The notes below the pieces were generated by a model. That model ran no database searches, was not told the DNA's origin, and was given only the letters and a program-made list of their open reading frames with translations. Source: an uncultured Nitrospiraceae bacterium (GTDB lineage: Bacteria > Nitrospirota > Thermodesulfovibrionia > Thermodesulfovibrionales > Dissulfurispiraceae). From it: a stretch of DNA of 64,000 nucleotides. The stretch's first letter is position 1. Every line of letters begins with the position of its first letter. Positions 56,507 through 64,000 of this stretch are shown piece after piece. A program made the position numbers and the translations under genes. The DNA lies in contig CAVSHF010000003.1 of assembly GCA_963727805.1 (NCBI GenBank), forward strand, positions 192,001-256,000, given 5' to 3'.

Positions 56507-57295
56507 ATGATCAGGGCGCTTTTCACTGCAGCAAGCGGTATGTCAGCCCAGCAGATGAATGTGGATGTAATCTCAAACAATATAGCCAATGTCAACACTA
56601 TAGGTTTTAAGGGTAGCAGGCCGAATTTCCAAGATCTTTTTTCACAGACTACGTCAGCTCCAGGGACCGCAGCAACGCAAAGCACGACAATCCCAACAGG
56701 GATGCAATTAGGGCTTGGCGTCAGACCAGCGTCCATTGGTAAGCTGTTTACTCAAGGCGATTATAGCTCGACAGGCAACTCCCTCGATCTCGCCATTCAG
56801 GGGCAAGGATTCTTCCAGGTGACAATGCCTGATGGGACAATTAATTACACAAGAGCCGGCAATTTCAATATGGATAAAGATGGAAGAATCGTCACCTCTG
56901 ACGGCAACCCACTTGAACCTGCAATCACTATCCCTGCCAACTCGACGAGTATCACTGTTGGGACCGATGGGACCGTGTCAGTCGTGCAGGCAGGCAGTAC
57001 GGCGCCTGTGCAGGTCGGAACAATTGAACTCGCTAATTTTATGAACCCGGCCGGGCTTCAGGCCAACGGCCAAAATCTGTTCGTCAATACGGAAGCATCG
57101 GGGGATGCACAGACGAGCACTCCGGGCCTTCAGGGGCTGGGAACCATAAGTCAGGGGTTTCTTGAAAGTTCTAACGTCAACATTGTACAGGAATTGGCAA
57201 ACCTCATCACTGCCCAGAGAGCCTTCGAGATGAACTCAAAGGCCGTACAAACAGCAGACCAGATGCTCCAGAACATCAACTCAATGAAACAATAA
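56507..57295 (+). CDS. flgG: Distal rod protein FlgG
   Basis: MIRALFTAASGM, ISNNIANVNT.GFK, QLGLGV, LESSNV, AQRAFEMNSK. Confidence 0.96.
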   Translation: MIRALFTAASGMSAQQMNVDVISNNIANVNTIGFKGSRPNFQDLFSQTTSAPGTAATQSTTIPTGMQLGLGVRPASIGKLFTQGDYSSTGNSLDLAIQGQGFFQVTMPDGTINYTRAGNFNMDKDGRIVTSDGNPLEPAITIPANSTSITVGTDGTVSVVQAGSTAPVQVGTIELANFMNPAGLQANGQNLFVNTEASGDAQTSTPGLQGLGTISQGFLESSNVNIVQELANLITAQRAFEMNSKAVQTADQMLQNINSMKQ

Positions 57296-57299
57296 CGAT

Positions 57300-58016
57300 A
57301 TGAAAAGCTATCATCCTACAATAAAAATTCTTGTGCTAGCTTTAAGTCTTAGCCTTTGTGCCAGTGTGTGGGCGGGGACTGATGCTCTGTTTGACAAGGT
57401 ACAAACTGCGGTTAAAGCAAACTTGGCCAGTTCAGTGTCTGAAAAGGCTGAACTCGAGGAGCTTAGGATAATTAAAGGAGCCGAGTATTTCGGAAGTCCC
57501 TCGCACGACATGACCATCCAGAACATTTACATGGATGGGTACAGCGGCAAAAACAAGGTTATTTATGCCATCTACTTAAGAGACAGTTTATCGCAAACAG
57601 TAAACGTTGTCGTTGAGGCTTCATACGATGTTTTTGCCGATGTTTTTATGACAGCAAGACATTTGGTGAAAGGCGATGTGCTAACTCCGGATGACTACTA
57701 TACGGTAAGACAGAAGCTTTCAAAACTCCCTGTAGGAGCGATAACTGATAAAAACGAAGTTGAAGGGAAAATCCTCAAGGTTTCTCTCACAGACGGCGTT
57801 ATTCTGAGGTCAAACGTTGTTCTTTCTTCCTTGATGATGAAGAGAGGCAAAAAAGTGAACGTCCTTGTAGAGGGCGAAAATATTGTGATATCAGCAAAAG
57901 GGACTCTCCGCAGTGATACCGAAGTTGGAGACACTACAAATGTTCTTTGCGACCTGACAAAAAAAGAAATAAGTGGTGTGCTTGTGTCGTCGACACTGGT
58001 GAAGGTGAAGATATGA
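57300..58016 (+). CDS. flgA: P-ring chaperone FlgA
   Basis: Signal peptide, SAF-like region, KRGKKVNV..ISAKG; lies between flgG and flgH. Confidence 0.85.
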   Translation: MKSYHPTIKILVLALSLSLCASVWAGTDALFDKVQTAVKANLASSVSEKAELEELRIIKGAEYFGSPSHDMTIQNIYMDGYSGKNKVIYAIYLRDSLSQTVNVVVEASYDVFADVFMTARHLVKGDVLTPDDYYTVRQKLSKLPVGAITDKNEVEGKILKVSLTDGVILRSNVVLSSLMMKRGKKVNVLVEGENIVISAKGTLRSDTEVGDTTNVLCDLTKKEISGVLVSSTLVKVKI

Positions 58017-58735
58017 AAAATATCGTCCGTTATGCAGCCTGTGGCATTTTACTTGTTTCCCTTATCGGCTGTTCTGGGCTAAAGGATGCGAGAGAAATAA
58101 AAGCCGGGACCATGCCGGTCAAGTACATAGCCAACAAGGAAACCGAGCCGGCTGTTTCTGATGGATCACTTTGGCGTGACACCGCATCGTTATATGAGGA
58201 CAGAAAGGCACGGAGGGTCAATGACCTGCTGACCATCCTCATTACGGAGAATGCGACAGCCACCAACACGGCTTCCACTGATGCAAACCGCAGTTCAACC
58301 GCCAACTATGCCATTGCCAATCTGTTCGGTGCAAATACTGACTTCGGTATTCAAGGATTACCTCTTATTCAGAAAATGTACCCCGGGTTAAAGTTTACCC
58401 CAAGCGCTTCAGGCAGTTCGACATCTGCCTTTGCAGGTAAGGGCGATACAGCCAGGAAGGGAACCCTGACAGCTACCATTACTGCAAAGGTGGTAGAAGT
58501 TCTTCCTAATTCAAACATGGTAATCGAGTCACGCAAGGAAGTCATTGTCAATAATGATAAACAGATCATTGTTATACGAGGGATAGTTCGGCCTGAGGAC
58601 ATATCAACTGCCAATACGGTCATATCAGCAAATGTGGGCGATGCACAGATATACCTTGTGGGAGACGGCGTGCTTGACGATAAACAGTCTCAGGGTTGGC
58701 TAGTGCGTGCCCTGGACTCTGTTTGGCCTTTTTAA
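58013..58735 (+). CDS. flgH: L-ring lipoprotein FlgH
   Basis: LIGC lipobox, GSLW, LYEDRKARRVNDLLTI, GIVRPEDI, QGWL..VWPF. Confidence 0.94.
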   Translation: MKNIVRYAACGILLVSLIGCSGLKDAREIKAGTMPVKYIANKETEPAVSDGSLWRDTASLYEDRKARRVNDLLTILITENATATNTASTDANRSSTANYAIANLFGANTDFGIQGLPLIQKMYPGLKFTPSASGSSTSAFAGKGDTARKGTLTATITAKVVEVLPNSNMVIESRKEVIVNNDKQIIVIRGIVRPEDISTANTVISANVGDAQIYLVGDGVLDDKQSQGWLVRALDSVWPF

Positions 58736-58754
58736 GGGGAACGAGGTGGAACGG

Positions 58755-59114
58755 ATGAATAGGGGTGAGATGACTGACATCTGGAACAAAGCGGTGGGCG
58801 TAGTGACGGAGATCTATTATGTTGCAGAAAAATACCCTGATAAAGAGCTGCCTGGATTCGCCAATCGCATGAAGAAGACAGCCTGCTTTATGGCCAACAG
58901 TATGGCCGAGGGAGCTTCTAAGAAAAACTTGGCAGATATCTTGCAATGTATTTCGGGATCGCAGAGAGCCGCGGCTGAACTGGCAAGGCAATTGCATAAA
59001 GCATCGAGCGTGAAGCATCTCGAAACAAAAGAGAAATTAATGGGAGAAATTGACGGAATATCCGACGCACTCCGCAAACTCTCATCCGGACGGAGGGTGA
59101 AAGACGAGGCATGA
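58755..59114 (+). CDS. Divergent four-helix-bundle protein (23S rRNA IVS/S23 family)
   Basis: IWNKA...IY....YP..E...MANSMAEG...E...QL fits the family pattern; GAGGTGG SD; ATGA overlap with flgI. Confidence 0.75.
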   Translation: MNRGEMTDIWNKAVGVVTEIYYVAEKYPDKELPGFANRMKKTACFMANSMAEGASKKNLADILQCISGSQRAAAELARQLHKASSVKHLETKEKLMGEIDGISDALRKLSSGRRVKDEA

Positions 59115-60220
59115 AAAAAACACTGGTGGCACTTCTTCTGGCATTACTCATGATATTTTTTATGGCTTCCGTTGTTTTAGCTGAACGTGTCAAGGATATA
59201 GCATCGTTTTCGGGTATCAGGGAAAACGAGATAATCGGCTACGGGCTTGTTGTCGGACTTAACCAGACGGGAGACAAAGACGGCACTTACATTTATCAGC
59301 CTTTTGCCAATATGCTCAACAAGATGGGCATCAACGTTACCCAGGCTGACTTAAAGACCAAGACAAAGAACATTGCCGCAGTTATTGTCACCGCAAAACT
59401 GCCGACGATGGTAAGACCGGGGTCAACTGTCGATGTTCAGGTCTCTTCAATCGGTGATGCCAAGAGCCTTCAGGGCGGCACGCTGCTAATGGCCCCGCTT
59501 AAAGGCCCCGACGGTAATGTCTATGCTGTTGCTCAAGGGCCTATTTCGATAGGGGGCTTCTCTGCGGGTGGTGGGGGTACGACAACCGTTAAAAATCATC
59601 CGACTGTAGGGATGATCCCAAACGGCGCTATCGTCGAAAAAGAAGTTCCAGTACAGATGAACAGGAAAAGCAGGCTTGAGCTGCTTCTTGCTACTCAGGA
59701 CGTAACGACGGCTATGCGGATTGCGGACAAAATCAATGCACAGTTCCAGGGGGGCATCGCCAAAGCGGAAACCCCGTCACTGGTGGCTCTGAGCATCCCG
59801 CAAGAATATTCAGATAGGGTTATTGATTTTATGTCAAAAGTAGAACTCATAGAGGTGCAAGTAGATATGCCTGCCAAGGTCATCGTTAACGAGCGTACGG
59901 GCACCGTGGTAATAGGAGAGAATGTAAGGATTAGCCCCATTGCTCTTGCTCACGGCGGTCTTACGATCGAGATCAAGACAGAATACCAGGTTTCACAGCC
60001 GCAGTCTTTCGCACCCAAGAAGGCAGAAACTGTGGTTGTCCCCAAAACCGAGGTTAAGGCTGAAGAAAAGAAGGGGACGCTCATGGAAGTTAAGGGAACT
60101 ACCGTCGGGGAACTAATCAAAGCGTTAAATGCGCTTGGAGTTACCCCGAGAGACCTTGTTGCGATAATGCAGGCCATAAAGGCTTCCGGTAATCTGAAAG
60201 CCGAACTGGTGTTAATGTGA
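59111..60220 (+). CDS. flgI: P-ring protein FlgI
   Basis: ERVKDI, GYGLVVGL, SSIGDAKSLQGGTLL, NERTGTVV, ALNALGVTPRDL. Confidence 0.96.
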   Translation: MKKTLVALLLALLMIFFMASVVLAERVKDIASFSGIRENEIIGYGLVVGLNQTGDKDGTYIYQPFANMLNKMGINVTQADLKTKTKNIAAVIVTAKLPTMVRPGSTVDVQVSSIGDAKSLQGGTLLMAPLKGPDGNVYAVAQGPISIGGFSAGGGGTTTVKNHPTVGMIPNGAIVEKEVPVQMNRKSRLELLLATQDVTTAMRIADKINAQFQGGIAKAETPSLVALSIPQEYSDRVIDFMSKVELIEVQVDMPAKVIVNERTGTVVIGENVRISPIALAHGGLTIEIKTEYQVSQPQSFAPKKAETVVVPKTEVKAEEKKGTLMEVKGTTVGELIKALNALGVTPRDLVAIMQAIKASGNLKAELVLM

Positions 60221-60657
60221 TGGCAACGATGACTGGAATAACGTCACAAGCAGTGCTCCCGGCCAATCTCTTGATGGACTCTGGAAGAATTGCCGGGTTG
60301 GATAAAAACATGGATCCTCAGAAAGCAGCTAAACAGGTGGAACAGGTCTTTCTCGGAGAGTTAATCAAAGTCATGTTCGACAATACTGAAGTCGGCAAAG
60401 GCCAAATGGTGTCAGGCTATATGCCCATCGTTGCGTCGGAGGTTGCCAAAGCACTTTCAGCCCGGGGCATAGGGTTTCACGAGTTTTTGATGAGAAGTCC
60501 ACAATTCAGTAACATGGTGACAAAAAATCAGACAACAGATAAGACTGACAAAAGAGCTGACAACAACGCAGCGGTGGATAAGACGGTTGGAGAATTAAAG
60601 ATGCCTGTGCGCGGAGGTATTACTTCTGCTTACGGGGCGGTTTCCAGGGCAAAGTGA
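60220..60657 (+). CDS. flgJ: FlgJ rod-binding domain protein with truncated M23-like tail
   Basis: KAAKQVEQVFLGELIKVM..ALSARGIG rod-binding pattern; ends MPVRGGITSAYG...; follows flgI. Confidence 0.75.
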   Translation: MATMTGITSQAVLPANLLMDSGRIAGLDKNMDPQKAAKQVEQVFLGELIKVMFDNTEVGKGQMVSGYMPIVASEVAKALSARGIGFHEFLMRSPQFSNMVTKNQTTDKTDKRADNNAAVDKTVGELKMPVRGGITSAYGAVSRAK

Positions 60658-60695
60658 GTTGGGGGCGTCGCGGTTGACCCCACTGGCAAGTACTG

Positions 60696-60722
60696 TTAAT
60701 TTTTTCCAGGAACCTCCGATAA
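60696..60722 (+). promoter_or_regulatory. sigma28 promoter of flgMNKL
   Basis: TTAA-N15-TCCGATAA. Confidence 0.65.
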
Positions 60723-60772
60723 CTAAGTATAATACTATGGCCATAGGATTATACGAATAGGAGGACATGAAA

Positions 60773-61072
60773 ATGAGGATCACAGACAAGGCAGACGTCG
60801 GCGGGGTCAACTTTCAAAAGCCAGAGAAAACAAAGGATAAGGCAAGCGAAGGGGCGTCCGGAGAAGTCACATCGAAGGACGACCAGATAAGCCTATCGGG
60901 CGCAGCCAAGGAGATTGGCAGGCTGCAAGCAGAAGTGAGCAAGCTGCCCGATGTCCGTACCGACAAGGTGGAAGAACTTAAAAGTGCAATTAATTCGGGC
61001 ACTTACAATGTGAAGGGGGATGCCATAGCCGGCAAATTATTGAAAAATGCAATCATCGACGAACTTATATGA
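60773..61072 (+). CDS. flgM: Anti-sigma28 factor FlgM
   Basis: DQISLS, PDVRTDKVEELKSAINSGTYNV..IA; AGGAGGA SD (start 60767 or 60773). Confidence 0.93.
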   Translation: MRITDKADVGGVNFQKPEKTKDKASEGASGEVTSKDDQISLSGAAKEIGRLQAEVSKLPDVRTDKVEELKSAINSGTYNVKGDAIAGKLLKNAIIDELI

Positions 61073-61493
61073 AGAACTGATCGCTGTACTGGAACGAGAG
61101 TTTGACCTCTGTTCCGATTTGGTAGCACTGCTGCAGAAGGAAAAGGATGTGATCGCGGGCCTTGACACCGTGGCCCTCGATGGACATCTCAGGGACAAGG
61201 AACTTGTTACCGCCAAGATTCAGGTGCTTGAAGACTCTAGAGAGAGGATCCTGCAATCACTTGGATTCACTGACAAGACGCTTTCCGAAGTGGCTGCATC
61301 TGCTGAACCGAATTATAAAGAACGCCTTTCCTTTATTGCATCCAAATTCAAATCCATTGCAAACAGCATAAAGGAATTGAATACCCTGAACAGTCTGTTG
61401 ATAGACAAATCGCTTTTTTACATCAAAAGCTCCCGTAATTTCCTGAGTACTTTTGGTATCAATCCCAAGCAACGCGTTTCCATGGAGGCATGA
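61047..61493 (+). CDS. flgN: Export chaperone FlgN
   Basis: Helical; IKELNTLNSLLI..SL; lies between flgM and flgK. Confidence 0.85.
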   Translation: MQSSTNLYEELIAVLEREFDLCSDLVALLQKEKDVIAGLDTVALDGHLRDKELVTAKIQVLEDSRERILQSLGFTDKTLSEVAASAEPNYKERLSFIASKFKSIANSIKELNTLNSLLIDKSLFYIKSSRNFLSTFGINPKQRVSMEA

Positions 61494-62869
61494 CGATGTC
61501 TATGCTCGGCATTTTGAACATCGGGACCAGCGCACTTCTTGCTGCACAGAGTGCCATGAACACTACATCAAACAATGTGGCCAACGCATCGACTCCCGGC
61601 TATACACGCCAGGAAGTGGAGTTGTCGAGTGTCCCGTCTGGACTAACAGGCCTCACAGGGTCAAGTGGAAATGGGGTAACTGTTACAGATGTCAAGAGGC
61701 TCTATGACTCCTTTACTACCCTGCAGTTAAGAACTGAGGAGTCCAACTCATCTTATTGGAGCACCTATTCAAATTATGCCAGCTCCATAGAAAATGTATT
61801 CAACGAAACCTCTACTACCGGGATAGGCCCTGCCATCAGCAACTTTTTCAATGACTGGCAGCAAGTTGCGCAGAATCCGCAGGGCACTGCTGAAAGGACT
61901 ACACTTCTCAGCGATGCACAGTACCTGAGTTCACGTATCAGTGGCGCGTATAATAATCTTGCAAACCAGCAAGCACAGATTTATCAAAATAGCCAAGACC
62001 TGGTGACACAGGTCAATAATATCTCACAACAGATTAATGGCCTTAACGGAAAAATCGTCTCCGCTCCAGGAGACCTCGGGCTGCAAGACCAGAGGGATTC
62101 ATTGGTAGAGCAGCTCAACCAGATCACTCGCGTGACTACCGTCGAAGACAGCAGTGGCAGATATAATGTTTATGTAGGGGGGACGGCACTTGTTGATGCT
62201 TCCGGTTCACATGATATGTCGGTTGCCCTGGATGGCAATAATGCCATGCAATTTAGCGTCGGCGCTACTAATATCAACAGCCAGATGACGACCGGCGGTC
62301 AACTCAATGCCAACCTCGTTGCACGGGATACTACCATAGCGGGCTATATCACACAGCTTAATACATTTGCGACCGACTTCAGCAACACTATCAATGCCCA
62401 GCAAGCTGCGGGCTTTGATTTAAACGGCACGGCAGGCGCAAATTTATTCACCACGCCCTCAGCCCAGTTTGCCGCGCGGGATATGAGTGTGGCTATCACC
62501 GACCCGAATAAGATTGCGGCATCGGCGACTGCAGCCGGGGTACCTGGCGATAATCAGAATGCTCAGGCTATCGCAAACCTTGCGGATTCGGCATTTATGT
62601 CGGGCAGCACTCCCACTGATTATTACAGCAATATTGTCTCTGCCGCTGGCACAGATGCCCAGTCGGCAAATACGTATGTATCATTTGAGACATCCCTGGT
62701 GAATCAGCTGCAAACACAGAGACAGTCAACATCGGGAGTAAGTCTCGACCAGGAGGCGGCTAACCTGGTTCAGTATGAGAAATCCTACGAGGCGGCGGCA
62801 AAGATTATCAGTATGGGCAGTGATCTTCTGGACACTATTATCGGGATGGTCAGTACAAGTACCAGTTAA
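61490..62869 (+). CDS. flgK: Hook-associated protein FlgK
   Basis: NNVANASTPGYTRQ, GDNQNA, SGVSLDQEAANL. Confidence 0.95.
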   Translation: MTMSMLGILNIGTSALLAAQSAMNTTSNNVANASTPGYTRQEVELSSVPSGLTGLTGSSGNGVTVTDVKRLYDSFTTLQLRTEESNSSYWSTYSNYASSIENVFNETSTTGIGPAISNFFNDWQQVAQNPQGTAERTTLLSDAQYLSSRISGAYNNLANQQAQIYQNSQDLVTQVNNISQQINGLNGKIVSAPGDLGLQDQRDSLVEQLNQITRVTTVEDSSGRYNVYVGGTALVDASGSHDMSVALDGNNAMQFSVGATNINSQMTTGGQLNANLVARDTTIAGYITQLNTFATDFSNTINAQQAAGFDLNGTAGANLFTTPSAQFAARDMSVAITDPNKIAASATAAGVPGDNQNAQAIANLADSAFMSGSTPTDYYSNIVSAAGTDAQSANTYVSFETSLVNQLQTQRQSTSGVSLDQEAANLVQYEKSYEAAAKIISMGSDLLDTIIGMVSTSTS

Positions 62870-62880
62870 GGAGGTAATAC

Positions 62881-63774
62881 GTGAGAATTACAACACAGAT
62901 GCTCTATTCGCAATTTAACTATAACCTTCAAAATAGCATGAATGCCGTTTATCAAACTGACGAACAGATTGCAAGCGGACAAAAATTGAACACCCCTTCA
63001 GATGATCCTTCCGCGGTATCGGATATCATCTCTGGCAAGGCAGAGTTAAGTTCCATTGCAGGGTACCAGGATGCGATTACCAGCGCCAACCTGTTGCTGA
63101 ATGCTACCAATACGGCTCTTGGGAGCCTGAGCACGCTTATTTCAAGCGCTCAACAGGCAGGCCAGAGTGCTTTGTCAGCATCGGCATCTGATATGGGTAC
63201 CTATGCATCCATGGTTGGCAATCTGATTCAGAGCACCATAGGAATCGCCAATACAAAGGTTGGGGACAAGTATATTTTTTCGGGATTCGCAACTGACAAG
63301 CCTGCAGTCGATAGTTCAGGCCTGCTGCAGGGTACATCGGACCTCATCTCGATGCAGATCAATACCGGGACTTCGGTCAAGGTGAATGTTACGGCTGCAG
63401 GCCTGATTTCATCTGCTGCCCCCCTGGACAACACTACTATCATCGGGGCAATGACAGCCCTCCAGACAGCTATTCAGGCTAACAATCAGGCAAACATCCA
63501 GTCCGCGCTGACAGCTCTTGGCAATCTCTCATCGACCGTTCTTGCCAAGCAATCCGATGTGGGTACGAGATTGAATATGACCAATCAGGAAAGTCAGGTT
63601 CTCACCGCAACGGATACGGATGTCACCAACGATGTGTCCGACAAGCTAATGCTTTCCACAGTTGATATTGCCAGGCTCTCTGCACTTTCGCAGCAGCAGC
63701 AGACTGCGTTGTCGAGCTTAAGGACTATCACCAACGGTGCCCTTAATACAAGTCTTTTTGATTTCTTGAAATGA
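62881..63774 (+). CDS. flgL: Hook-associated protein FlgL
   Basis: MRITT, IASGQK..PSDDP, YIFSG, SLFDFLK; AAGGAGG SD. Confidence 0.93.
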   Translation: MRITTQMLYSQFNYNLQNSMNAVYQTDEQIASGQKLNTPSDDPSAVSDIISGKAELSSIAGYQDAITSANLLLNATNTALGSLSTLISSAQQAGQSALSASASDMGTYASMVGNLIQSTIGIANTKVGDKYIFSGFATDKPAVDSSGLLQGTSDLISMQINTGTSVKVNVTAAGLISSAAPLDNTTIIGAMTALQTAIQANNQANIQSALTALGNLSSTVLAKQSDVGTRLNMTNQESQVLTATDTDVTNDVSDKLMLSTVDIARLSALSQQQQTALSSLRTITNGALNTSLFDFLK

Positions 63775-63798
63775 GATAAGACTGCCGAAGTCCAACAG

Positions 63799-63826
63799 AA
63801 AGGAAGGCATTAGCCTTCCTTTTTTT
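63799..63826 (+). terminator. Intrinsic terminator after flgL
   Basis: AAAGGAAGGC-ATTA-GCCTTCCTTT followed by a T run. Confidence 0.85.
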
Positions 63827-64000
63827 GTTTTCATACTATCTATTGGTTAGGAGAAATGGTGCATCGGCGGAATTTTGAGTTTTTGGTGCTATTTCCAAAA
63901 GAGGCTTTGATTACAATCGGTGGTAGCAGCCGCGGTTTGTGTCTGAGCACTCACAGGTTCAAGTGGGGAATATCAAGCCTTGATGCTCACCGAAATTTGC

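Noticed and set aside
58755..59114. Four-helix-bundle gene as the Avd of a diversity-generating retroelement
   Set aside because: No reverse transcriptase or TR/VR repeat pair seen in the window
60655..60683. TGA followed by a hairpin (GTCG-CGGT-TGAC) as a selenocysteine insertion signal in flgJ
   Set aside because: The loop is only 13 nt from the UGA, the position is not a Cys-equivalent site, and readthrough would add just 13 further residues
63915..64000. Possible structured ncRNA at the window end
   Set aside because: Only a short GGTTCAAG resemblance to 6S RNA; truncated, with no supportable fold

Overview
Bacterial chromosomal window; gene content and flagellar gene order suggest a Nitrospirota/Thermodesulfovibrionia- or Desulfobacterota-like organism (inference only). 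1-21.1 kb is housekeeping and accessory: a short RNB ribonuclease, an HD-GYP phosphodiesterase, a Tat-exported PaoABC-like molybdoenzyme, rlmI, a MoxR-DUF58-transglutaminase module, ilvD, tRNA-Gly(CCC), Nramp, RNase E/G with an N-terminal Arg-rich disordered tail, a ferritin-like protein and several decayed gene relics. 21.4-63.8 kb is a large flagellar and chemotaxis cluster: FleQ-like and FleSR-like sigma54 activators, flgBC-fliEFGHIJ, fliK-flgDE, fliLMN-fliOP-fliQR-flhBAFG-fliA, HEAT-cheR-RR-cheY-cheA-cheW/Z-cheB-HDOD, flgFGAH-X-flgIJ and flgMNKL. Flagellin, fliDS, motAB and MCPs are not in the window. Most notable observations: a CheW-CheZ fusion in a chemosensory operon with no receptor gene and a P2-less CheA; a FliO-FliP fusion; a FleQ-like regulator with no input domain on an apparently leaderless mRNA, together with a readable four-tier cis-regulatory code; a 125-bp IS200/IS605-type non-autonomous element in the fliK enhancer; a four-helix-bundle gene coupled to flgI; FlgJ with a relic M23 domain; and a DUF58 gene with no canonical start codon. 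No CRISPR array, integrase or transposase gene was seen.
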